Shown: positions 1 to 10,269 of the stretch, one piece after another
Layout: each line of letters opens with the position of its first letter
Position numbering within the stretch: position 1 is the first letter of the stretch
Source of the DNA: Octopus sinensis
Taxonomy: Eukaryota
NCBI RefSeq assembly: GCF_006345805.1
Contig: NW_021833505.1
Span: forward strand, 1 to 28,747
Length of the DNA stretch: 28,747 nt
Direction of reading: 5' to 3'
Notes under the pieces: generated by a model
The model's input: the letters and a program-made list of their open reading frames with translations, nothing else
Databases searched by the model: none
Told to the model about the DNA's origin: nothing
Translations under genes and position numbers: made by a program

Positions 1-109
1 ATGATAACATTATAAAGAGGGTAGATATACCCCATGGATAACACCGTACAAAATTCTGGTGCATCTAATTTAAGTATCACATTCATTTCAATCTAAATTT
101 TGCTGAACG

Positions 110-152
<43 letters not shown>

Positions 153-217
153 TGTGTATGGTCTCTTGCAAGAAGTTTATGGACCGTCTTCTCTGATGAC
201 ACCACTTTGAAGCAGGG

Positions 218-904
218 ATGGTAAAGAACTTCGTGATTCACAAGGAATTCTGCGATGGGGGCAAGAACACTGATGAACTTTTGAATCAGCAGTTTGTAGT
301 TAGTGAAGATGTTCTCAATCTCATACCTGGATTACCCATGAAGGCAGCACTCGCAGAACCACCAAAGTTGGAAGAAGTTGCAGTGGCTGTCTCAATGATG
401 AATATTGGGAAATCTCCGGGCATGGATGGCATACATGCGGAGTTGTTACAGCATGGTGGTGAGAAACTTCTGCAGCAACTTCACTCTTTGTTTGGTAAGA
501 TATGGGCTAGTGAATCTGTACCTGAGGACTGGAGAGATACAGTAACGGTGGTCTTGTATAAGGGAAAGGGCAACAGGAATGATTTTGGTAACTATAAGGG
601 AATATCATTGCTTTCTGTCGTAGGAAAGGTTTTATGCAGGGTACTTCTGGATCGTCTGCTGAAACACGTTGCAGATTGTGTTCTTCCAGAAAGTCAATCT
701 GGCTTTCATGTGGGACGTGGCATTGCTGATAGGATCTTTTCAGCTAGACAGCTTCAGGAGAAGTGTGTGGAACAGGGTCTGGATTTGTATCAGGTTTTTG
801 TCGATCTGACAAAAGCCTTTAATACCGTTAATAGAAAAGCATTGTGGAAAGTCCTCCAGAAACTTGGGTGTCCTGAAAAGTTCCTTGCTTTGGTGGAAGG
901 GTAG
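218..904 (+). pseudogene. RTE-clade non-LTR retrotransposon ORF2 fragment (N-terminal part of the reverse transcriptase), truncated
   Basis: The ORF contains KSPGMDGIHAELL, VPEDWRD, LYKGKGNRNDFGNYKGISLLSVVGKVL, PESQSGF, RQLQEKCVEQ and VFVDLTKAFNTVNRKALWKVLQKLGCPEKF. These match the RTE/BovB-type RT consensus from established knowledge. The ORF ends before the YADD motif. Confidence 0.9.
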
Positions 905-1107
905 TCAACACTCAAGACAGCTATTATGCTGTCCCCAACAGAAAAACCACTACGTGGATTCTTTTGAGACTAGTAAGGAACAATTATGAACATTTTTATT
1001 ACACTTAACTTTTTAAAATATTTTTGATAAGGTTCGTTTTTATCAAGGACCAAAATATGTAAAATAAAAATTTATCTTATATAGTAGCGTTTTTCAAACT
1101 TCGTTTT

Positions 1108-1160
<53 letters not shown>

Positions 1161-1268
1161 CACCGTGACCGACCAGGCCATCAGATGTTGTTACACATCG
1201 CTGGTCACAATGCACTTTGCATTGTTTTAGCCTTCAAATGACGCCATCCCGCTGGCTAAGCGAGCAGG

Positions 1269-1308
<40 letters not shown>

Positions 1309-1429
1309 AAAGCAATTAAGATTCAAATCAATTCTAAAGAATTTACTTGAATGTGGTACTTAACTTAGATGCACCAGAAAACTATATGGTGTTAACCATA
1401 CAGTAATGTGGGGTGATTATAAACGAGAA

Positions 1430-1760
1430 AGAAGCAACAAGAATGGATTAGTTTTTAGTACAATTGTTTCATACAAAGACAGGCTTTATTACAAGTTGCA
1501 AAAATTGCAGCAGATAAAAATGTCCCGTACTCATCAGCTAAAATACATGTGAGTTCTCCAAACATCTTATTGGGTGAGGCTATACTCATGAAGTATTGGA
1601 GATAATTTCATTTAAGGCAGATTTAGGTTGCAAACAGATTTCCAAAGTTCCTTAATGATGATGCACAGTCTTTTATCTGCTGCAATTTTTGCAACTTGTA
1701 ATAAAGCCTGTCTTTGTATGAAACAATTGTACTAAAAACTAATCCATTCTTGTTGCTTCT
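1430..1760. repeat. Perfect ~90 bp inverted repeat (1430-1519 / 1671-1760) overlapping a hammerhead motif
   Basis: agaagcaacaagaatggattagtttttagtacaattg...gcagataaaa is the exact reverse complement of ttttatctgc...cttgttgcttct. Confidence 0.95.
1454..1542 (-). ncRNA. Type I hammerhead ribozyme motif, CAAUUG family, with a 60 nt helix II
   Basis: The minus strand reads uuuag CUGAUGA guac...guau GAAA caauug U A | cuaaa. Helix I is uuuag/cuaaa, helix II is 1471-1530, helix III is the palindrome ACAAUUGU, and the triplet is GUA with predicted cleavage at 1459|1458. Confidence 0.8.
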
Positions 1761-1780
1761 TATATATGTATATATATATA

Positions 1781-2168
1781 TCTTTTACTCTTTTACTTGT
1801 TTCAGTCATTTGACTGCGGCCATGCTGGAGCACCGCCTTTAGTCGAGCAAATCGACCTCGGGACTTATTCTTTGTAAGCCCAGTACTTATTCTATCGGTC
1901 TCTTTTGCCGAACCGCTAAGTGACGGGGACATAAACACACCAGCATCGGTTGTCAAGCAATGCTAGGGGGACAAACACAGACACACAAACATATACACAC
2001 ACAAACATATATATATATACATATATACGACAGGCTTCTTTCAGTTTCCGTCTACCAAATCCACTCACAAGGCATTGGTCGGCCCGGGGCTATAGCAGAA
2101 GACACTTGCCCAAGATGCCATGCAGTGGGACTGAACCCGGAACCATGTGGCTTGTTAGCAAGCTACTT
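1781..2168 (-). mobile_element. tRNA-derived SINE with a CR1-like 3' tail, 5' end lost into (TA)n
   Basis: The minus strand has a B-box-like ggttcagtccc, a central cttgggcaagtgtcttc motif, an internal CA/TA microsatellite, and a tail ggcggtgctccagcatggccgc-agtc(aaat)gact-gaaacaagtaaaagagtaaaaga. A homologous head is at 14807-14960 and a homologous tail at 14625-14772. Confidence 0.85.
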
Positions 2169-2181
2169 ATATATATATAAT

Positions 2182-2256
<75 letters not shown>

Positions 2257-2378
2257 ATATATATATATAATATATATATATATATAGATATATATATATA
2301 TATATATATATATACTATATATATATATATATATAATATATATGTATATATATATGTATATATATATATGTATGTATG

Positions 2379-2422
<44 letters not shown>

Positions 2423-2459
2423 TGTATATATATATGTATATATGTATATATATATATAT

Positions 2460-2549
<90 letters not shown>

Positions 2550-2560
2550 ATGTATGTATA
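2168..2560. repeat. (TA)n-dominated compound microsatellite
   Basis: Direct reading. It is the source of the YIYI ORFs. Confidence 0.98.
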
Positions 2561-3108
2561 CAAGATAAGAAAATGGAGAAATACATCTAAATCAAATATC
2601 AATTACCAGATAATACTCAATCACATACTTTATTAAACCACCACATAAGAGACTGTAGGGTTAAACATTAAAAAAACCAGAACAAATCAGTGTACATAAA
2701 GGAATGTACATAAAAAGGTGTACATAAAAGAGTAATGTTGTATAATAAGTAGAATATATATAAAAAAGAGAATATAAATATAAGTAAATATAAATATAAG
2801 TATAGATTGCATCTTACAGCTGTTTCGACCATGTAGATAAGTATGTCTCATTTTACCAATATTAGCCTTTTATGGTAGGTCAATATATAGATATAAATGA
2901 GACATTTACAAAAACATCATAAGGCCTCTTCGGAGATTTATGTACACTTTTTTTATGTACATTCCTTTATGTACACTGATTTGTTCTGTTTTTTTTTATG
3001 TTTAACCCTACAGTCTCTTATGTGGTGGTTTAATAAAGTATGTGATTGAGTATTATCTGGTAATTGATATTTGATTTAGATGCATTTCTCCATTTTCTTA
3101 TCTTGTAT
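2558..3108. repeat. ~170 bp inverted repeat (2558-2728 / 2937-3108) enclosing a hammerhead motif in its loop
   Basis: atacaagataagaaaatggagaa...gtgtacataaa versus tttatgtacac...cattttcttatcttgtat. The arms are near-identical. Confidence 0.93.
2811..2937 (-). ncRNA. Type I hammerhead ribozyme motif, CAGCUG family, core variant CCGAAGA (U4C), with a 100 nt helix II
   Basis: The minus strand reads aucu CCGAAGA ggcc...gguc GAAA cagcug U A | agau. An internal helix augucucauuu/aaaugagacau is perfect over 11 bp. The U4C change may impair activity. Confidence 0.7.
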
Positions 3109-3276
3109 TAGTAATTTGTGGTAAATCATTTTACCTTTGCCCATATAATACAGTAAATAAATTGATTGCATCGCAATCCTTAACATTTATGTATAACTTT
3201 GTTGGGTACTTCACTAGCAGTATATTGGATATATGTTATCCCATGGAGGGTTGCATTTACAACCCCTATCTCAATT

Positions 3277-3363
<87 letters not shown>

Positions 3364-3570
3364 TATATATAATTAGAAAGTGAGATAGGGGTTGTGAGTG
3401 TAACCCTCTATGGGATAACATATATCCAATATACTGCCAGTAAAGCACCCAGAAATGCTAATACATAAATGCTAAGAATTGCAATGCAATTAATTCCTTT
3501 ATTGTATTATATGGGCGAAGGTAAAATATTTTACCTCAAATTCATAATACAAAATAAGAAAATGGAGGAA
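3085..3570. repeat. Diverged inverted pair (~3085-3273 / 3381-3570) of the 3' part of the hammerhead-bearing repeat, around a (TA)n spacer
   Basis: ...ggcagtatattgga...cccatggagggttg...acaacccctatctca is mirrored by tgagataggggttgtgagtgtaaccctctatggga...ccaatatactgccag. There are several substitutions between the copies. Confidence 0.85.
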
Positions 3571-4215
3571 TACACTTTAATCAGTCATCAGCTACCATAT
3601 AATACCCATTCACATAATTTATTGACCAACTACATAGGAACATCCATATCAAACACAATAATAATAACACAGAACAAAACAGTACACATCAATGAGTAAT
3701 ATGATACCATAAGTACAAAACGTATAAATAAATATAAATATAAACTAGATCTTACAGCTGTTTCAGCCATGTAGGTAAGAGTATCTCATTATGCTCATAT
3801 TAGCCAGGTGTGTTAAGGTAATATGTGGTTATAAATGAGATACTTACATATATATCCCCTCTTCAGAGATTATAAAGTACAATTCAAATATGAATATTAG
3901 AGAAGGTACACATATACAAGAATAAGTACATATACATAATATACACATACATATAAGTGCATCTACACATGCACCTACATATATATAAGTATACCATAAT
4001 AATAATAATATGGCTGAAACAGCTGTAAGATCTAGTTTTATTTATATTTATTGATATGTATTGTCTTAGTATCATATTACTCATTGATGTGTACTGTTCG
4101 TCCGTATTATTGTTTGATATGGATGTTCCTATGTAGTTGTTAATATAAATTATGTGAATGGGTATTGTATGGTAGTTGATGATGGAGGAAGTGTATTCCT
4201 CCATTTTCTTATTTG
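3548..4215. repeat. Inverted pair (~3548-3770 / 4011-4215) of the hammerhead-bearing repeat; the second copy begins inside the ribozyme
   Basis: 4011 tggctgaaacagctgtaagatctag...attcctccattttctt is the reverse complement of 3548-3770. The mirror is at ~28195-28410 / 28655-28747. Confidence 0.9.
3749..3870 (-). ncRNA. Type I hammerhead ribozyme motif, CAGCUG family (left-arm mirror of 28550-28676)
   Basis: The minus strand reads aucu CUGAAGA gggg...ggcu GAAA cagcug U A | agau. It lacks the ccuu seen in the mirror copy at the base of helix II, which could be an error or a real deletion. Confidence 0.7.
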
Positions 4216-4325
4216 TATATTTATATATATAAGTGTGTATATATATAAGTGTGTATATATTATGTATGTATATATATATGTGTTATATATGTATATATAT
4301 ATATATGTGGGTGTGTGTGCGTATA

Positions 4326-4369
<44 letters not shown>

Positions 4370-4392
4370 ATATATATATATATCTACACATA

Positions 4393-4427
<35 letters not shown>

Positions 4428-4580
4428 GTATGATATATACTGTATGTATATATATATGTATGTATGTATATATTATAATATATATATATTATATATATAT
4501 ATATATATATAATATATGTATATATATATATATATATAATAATTATATTAGATATTATATATGTATGTATGTATAGATAT
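4215..4580. repeat. (TA)n/(TG)n compound microsatellite (mirror 27822-28195)
   Basis: Direct reading. Confidence 0.98.
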
Positions 4581-4581
4581 T

Positions 4582-7468
4582 ATTGGACCTGATATAGGGG
4601 ATGCAGAAATACACATTCCGCAATATGCAGTCATACGCTCAGATAGAAAAGGGAGGAGCCATGGTGGAGTTGCAACGTACATCCGAGATGACCTCACGCC
4701 CCAGGTCCTGTTGTCATATTCAAACTCAGTGTGTGACACTCAAATTGTACACATAAGACAACTGAATATCGTCATATGCACTACATATCGCCCACCAGAT
4801 GCCCCAAATCATCCAAGCATGTTTGAAGACTGCCTAACAAAAATAGGAGAAGTCCTCACCAACCTTGAACAGCACAACAGTGTATTCTTCATGTTGCTTT
4901 AACTTCCCAATGTGGAATGGCCTGGGGGCAGATGCTCTCAGGGATGACACACCATCAGCAGGCAGAGTCCTGCTCCATCTCACAAATGCCTCTTTTATGG
5001 AGTTCTGTAACCAACAAGGGCAGATAATATACTGGATTTCTGCTTCACAAACAATATGAATATTATCCATAATGTTAAAGTGATGCCGACGATGATCTCA
5101 GATCACAACATGATAGAGCTGTCTATGTATGGACCAAAAGCCCCCGTAGTAGACATACAACTATACGAAGCATCCACCATCTCTCCAACTTAAACTTTCA
5201 TAAAGCAAACTGGAAGTTGATTGAGAAAGAGATCTCAACACAGGATTGGCCTAAATGTCTCTCCATACCAGACATTAACATGAAACACAAACACTTCATG
5301 TCCATAATACAAGCCATATGTGACAAATATGTCCCAGTGTACAGGGCCGCACACACACAAAACAAAACAGGATCCTAGAGAAAGGAGGATTCTTATGAGA
5401 CGACGGACAAGGATTGCAAACCCGCCTGAGCAAGCACAAAAAAGTGGGAGAGAAGTCTCGGCTCGAGAGAATGCTAATGGAAATGAGAAAAGTCTGCATC
5501 AATCCCATGAAAAGGAGAGAGCAGATAAAGAAGTTGGGTAATAGAAAATATAAAATCAAACCCTAAAGCTTTCGTTAAGTTTGCCAAAGAGACAGCCACA
5601 GTGCACCAGAGAATAGGACCTCTTTTCCAAAAAGATGGCTCTCTCACAGGAAATCCCACGAGGATAAGTGAAATACTGAACGAACAATTCCAAAGTGTGT
5701 TCACTACACCTCTAGGACACAGGCAAGTAAACAACCCAGAAGAATTCTTTGCCACTTTACCTGCGGCCAAAGAGGCAAACATTGAGTACATCAACATCGA
5801 AGATGATGATATCACACTAGCCATAGATGAGATTGACACAAACTCAGCTGCTGGACCTGATGGGTTTCCAGCGATCCTTCTCAAATCGTGCAAACGAGCC
5901 CTTGCAAAACCGCTACAGCTTCTTTTTCAGAGCTTTCTTGCAAGCGGTAAGCTCCCAGTCAAATGAAAGAGGGGGTAATATGCCCTATCCATAAGGGAGG
6001 TAGCAGAGCAAATGCTAAAAATTATAGGCCTATCTCTCTGACCTCACACATCAGCAAGTCATGGAACGAATAGTCCGCAAGAAACTAATCATGTTCCTTG
6101 AAGAAATGACTTCATGTCTGACTCCCAGTATGGATTCGACCAGGTAGAGGCTGCCTAACACAGCTCCTGCAACACTATGACTGGGTGTTGAAACAGCTAC
6201 TAAATGGCTCAAATGTGGATGTAATATATGTCGACTTTGCAAAAGCCTTGATGAAGTCGACCATGGTATGATCTGTCACAAGCTGCATGGTCTCGGCATA
6301 GGCGGGAAACTTGGAGAGTGGCTGCACAACTTCCTAAAAGACAGAAGACAGGCAGTTGTGAGCAATGGAGCCACCTCCAAGGAAACACAAATAACAAGCG
6401 GTGTTCCACAGGGCACTGTCTTGGGCCACTGATGTTCATAGTAGCCCTTTCAGACATGCTTCAGTTGCTACGATGACCACCCCTTGCTAGCTATGCAGAT
6501 GACACAAAAAGTCTCCACACAATACAAAACCCTGAAAATATTGTGCATCTGCAACAGGAGTTGGATAAAATATACAGGTGGGCGGAGGACAACAAGATGC
6601 AGTTTAATGCAGGTAAGTTCCAGGCCTGCACTACGGCACACAAAGGTAAACGACGTGCAGACTGGATACACTGGCCCAGGAAGAATTGCAATCCCTGAGT
6701 CAAAAATCAGTGCGTGACCTAGGCACTGACATGAGCAAGTGCATATTACTAATGGTGATAAAATGCACACGGCTAGCTGGATGGATTCTCCAAACTTTCA
6801 GAACAAGAGAGAAGGAGACACTGATGGTCCTCTGGAAAACATTCGTCCTCAGCCGCTTGGACTACTGCTCCCAACTATGGTCACCACACATATAAAACTA
6901 ACAGCAGAACTCGAAGCAATCAGAGAAGCTACACAAAGAAAATCGTCTCAATGCAAAATATCAGCTACTGGGAAAGACTGAATGAAGGTATTAAACCTCT
7001 TCTCCCTAGAGCGGAGGCGGGAGAGATATGCAGTGATATACATCTGGAAAAATCCTGGAGGGTCTTGTCCCAAATTTTGGCATTCAAAGTTACCCCAAAT
7101 GCAGAACGGGGCGCCACTGCATTGTGCCAAAGATTCCAGCATCACCATCAAAATACAGGACCAGATACTGAAACAGCTTGGGTTTCAGAGGACCACAGCT
7201 CTTTAACATCCTCCCTAAATGCCTAAGAGACTTACATGGTGTGGATGTGGGTTTCTTTAAAAATAAACTGGATCTCTTCTTGTCGGGAGTCCCAGATGAA
7301 CCTACCTCACGACAGGAGACGCAGATGCGGGCAGCAGCATCGAACTCCCTTGTTGATCAAGTGCCACGTATCAGAGGTGGATTCACATATTAGGTAGAGC
7401 TCATTCAGCGGTGGTGCCCCAGCATGGCCGCGGCCTTCGGGCTAAAAACATTTTTAAGGATTTAAGGA
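4582..7468 (+). mobile_element. CR1-group LINE, 5'-truncated and frameshifted ORF2 (APE endonuclease + RT + C-terminus) with an intact 3' tail
   Basis: Endonuclease motifs: [38 protein letters not shown] motifs: AGPDGFP, NYRPISLTSHISKVMER, SQYGF, DFAKAFD, SGVPQGTVLGP, YADD. C-terminal motifs: LDYCSQLWSP, LERRR, LFNILP. The stop is at ~7393 and the tail ends (tttaagga)2 at 7468. Confidence 0.92.
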
Positions 7469-7484
7469 TATATATATATGTATG

Positions 7485-7549
<65 letters not shown>

Positions 7550-7616
7550 GTATGAATATATATATGTATGTATATATATATATATATGTATATATATGTA
7601 TATATATATATGTACA

Positions 7617-8030
7617 AAGTGAGATAGGGGTTATGAGTGTAACCCACTATGGGATATCAGTTCTCCAATATACTGCCAGTAAAGTACCCAAAAGGCTAAT
7701 ATATAAATGCTTACAGTTGCAATGCAATTAGTTCATTTATTGTATTAGATGGGCGAAGGTAAAATATTTTACCTCAAATTCATAATACAAATAATAAAAT
7801 GGAGGAACAGATTCCTTTCAATCATCGACTTACAGATATTACCAATTCATATAATTTATTAATTAATTAAATAGGAACATCCAAATCCAACAGATAAAAC
7901 AATATACATCAATAAGTAAAATAATACCATAAAAATATACATATAAAATGAATCTTACAGCTGTTCAGCCTGTAGATAAAAGTATCTTGTGTGCCTATAT
8001 TAGTCCATATGCATCTGTCTATATATTATA
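7617..8030 (-). repeat. Copy of the hammerhead-bearing repeat carrying only the 3' half of the ribozyme (mirror ~24380-24790)
   Basis: It shares tgagataggggtt, ggtaaaatattttacc, ggaacatcc and atcttacagctgtt(t)cagcc with the 3381-3770 copy. There is no CUGANGA upstream. Confidence 0.85.
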
Positions 8031-8318
8031 TATATTGTGTTACACTGTATATTATACTATATTTTATGTGGTATTTTCCATCTAATATGTATTGTGAATA
8101 GCAGATGCACATATTCCATTATTGGTATTATTAATAATAATAATAATATTAATTTTTTTGGTAATGTAATACAATGACCTTTGGACTTTTTATGTGTACC
8201 TTTGATGTGGATATATATGTATACTCCAGTATATATATTTGATTATCTGTAACCTTATGTGTATGTATATTATATATATATACTTAATATATATGTATAT
8301 ACACTTTATATATATATA

Positions 8319-8411
<93 letters not shown>

Positions 8412-8486
8412 TTGTATATATTCTGTGTATGTGTATTTTGTTTCATATTTATATTTGCTTTTATATTTTCATAATTGTACTTTATA

Positions 8487-8610
8487 ATCTCTGACGAGGC
8501 CCTGAGATATATATATAACTCATTATTAACTGCATATTTAAACCATTTTAACTGAATAATATAGGCACAATAAGATACCTTTATACAGGCTGCTGAAACA
8601 GCTGTAAGAT
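8487..8610 (+). ncRNA. Type I hammerhead ribozyme motif, CAGCUG family, core CUGACGA
   Basis: aucu CUGACGA ggcc...ggcu(gcu) GAAA cagcug U A | agau, with predicted cleavage at 8606|8607. The extra gcu is absent from the mirror copy. Confidence 0.75.
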
Positions 8611-8808
8611 CCATTTTATATGTAATATTTTATGGTATTATCTTACTTATTGATGTATATTTTTTTATTGTTTATTTTGATTTGGATTTGGATGTTCCTA
8701 TTTAATTAGTTAATAAATGATATGAATGGTATTATCTGTAAGTTGTGATTCTTATTTGTATATATACGTCTTATATATATATATATGATATATATGTATA
8801 TATATATC

Positions 8809-8873
<65 letters not shown>

Positions 8874-8949
8874 ATAAAAAACATTACGTTATATAATTAG
8901 GGTTTAGTAAAAAAAAATTACTTTACCACACACCAAACTTTTAGAAATA

Positions 8950-9662
8950 GCAAGCCAAAAAGTTTAGCTATTTCCTCTACTATAAGAAAACTCCCAGACA
9001 TGTATACTCAAAAAATCATGTAGGTGTAGTAGGGGAAAAATAACGAAAGGTCACACGTACATCGATTACTTGAGAACGCCGTTTTGGATTAGTTGGATAT
9101 AGAGATCAACATTTCCGTCATCAGCCCAGATTTCTTTAGGTTTGAATTTGAGGGCATTGAAAATCGGACATATCCGTCGGATATGAGTAATCCCAGACAA
9201 ATCATCTTCGACTGCCAGTACTAACGAATTCAAAAAGTACGAATGGGGCTACACATCCTTCCCCGTCCACCCACGTGAGTTATAGAGCAACAAATCGCTA
9301 CAGAGGGATCTGCAGTTTATTATCAGGGAGAGAGAATTATATTGTCAATAATAAAAGGATAAAATTAATTAATTATTTAATTATTAATTAAAAATTTTAC
9401 CAAGTAGTGTTTTACCAAGTAGTGTAAAAAGACCATTTTTCGTTATTTTTCCCTCTATACCTACGTGAATTATTTTTGAGTATACATTGTCTGGGAGACT
9501 TTTCTTATAGTAGAGGAAATAGCTAAACTTTTTTTAGCTATTTCCTCTACTATAAGAAAAGTCTCCCAGACAATGTATACTCAAAAATAATTCACGTAGG
9601 TATAGAGGGAAAAATAACGAAAAATGGTCTTTTTACATACTGAACACTACTTGGTAAAATTA
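8950..9662. repeat. Unclassified repeat with three copies of a ~105 bp unit, two of which form a near-perfect hairpin (9423-9527 / 9533-9637); mirror ~22740-23460
   Basis: The unit gctatttcctctactataagaaaagtctcccagacaatgtatactcaaaaataattcacgtagg occurs at ~8967 (+), 9423-9527 (-) and 9533-9637 (+). Confidence 0.9.
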
Positions 9663-9717
9663 TTATTGACAATATATGTGTGTGTATATATGCATATGTA
9701 TATATATATGTATATGT

Positions 9718-9945
9718 ATCATCATCATCATCATCATCATCATCGTTTAGCGTCCGCTTTCCATGCTAACATGGGTTGGACGGTTCAACTGGGGTCTGGG
9801 AAGCCAGAAGGCTGCACCAGGCCCAGTTTGATCTGGCAATGTTTCTACGGCTGGATGCCCTTCCTAACGCCAACCACTCCATGAGTGTAGTGGGTGCTTT
9901 TTACGTGCCACCGGCACAGGTGCCAGACGAGTCTGGCAAACGGCC
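9718..9945 (-). mobile_element. 3' end of a retroposon (SINE or LINE tail) ending in (GAT)n, RTE-like tail; mirror ~22455-22686 (+)
   Basis: The sense strand has ggtggcacgtaaaaagcacc...gttggcgttaggaagggcatccagccgtagaaac...gcggacgctaaacgatgatgatgat. The ggaagggcatcc(a/g)gcc motif with a trinucleotide tail is typical of RTE-type 3' ends, by recollection. Confidence 0.7.
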
Positions 9946-10269
9946 ATATATATATATATATATATATGTGTGTGTTTATATATATATGTGTGTATATATA
10001 TATGTATATAGGCACTATGCTATTCCAGATTGAAGACGAGCAATGACTCAGAAACTAGTCTCTGAGTGATGGCTTAGCTGAGTGGAGGTGCTTATCTCCC
10101 CCTTCTAAACATAAGAACTCAGGAAATGCCTAAAAGCTGACAGGAAGCGGTGCTGCTTCCTAGGGCTAAATAGCAGTAGTATTATTTCCTTCATGGAACT
10201 GTCACATTAAGTTGACAGCATACAAGTACTTTCATCCCAAAAGTAGCGAAACGTCCCGCCTAAAAACAA

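Noticed and set aside
2167-2602. Long Tyr/Ile-rich ORFs (YIYIYI...), also at 4154-4576, 8239-8614, 11983-12276, 20131-20481, 23950-24314 and 27665-28270
   Set aside because: They are translations of (TA)n/(TG)n microsatellites, which lack stop codons.
4011-4033. Half-ribozyme ggctgaaacagctgtaagat (also ~7952-7970, 24434-24453 and 28388-28408)
   Set aside because: There is no CUGANGA or helix I strand upstream. These are counted as truncated inverted partners, not as ribozymes.
4582-7468. Intact, active LINE
   Set aside because: It is 5'-truncated within the endonuclease, has no ORF1, and some frameshifts are shared by both arms.
9700-9745. Poly-His ORF (HHHHHHHH) in 9624-9884 and 22364-22723
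   Set aside because: It is the (CAT)n complement of the retroposon's (GAT)n tail.
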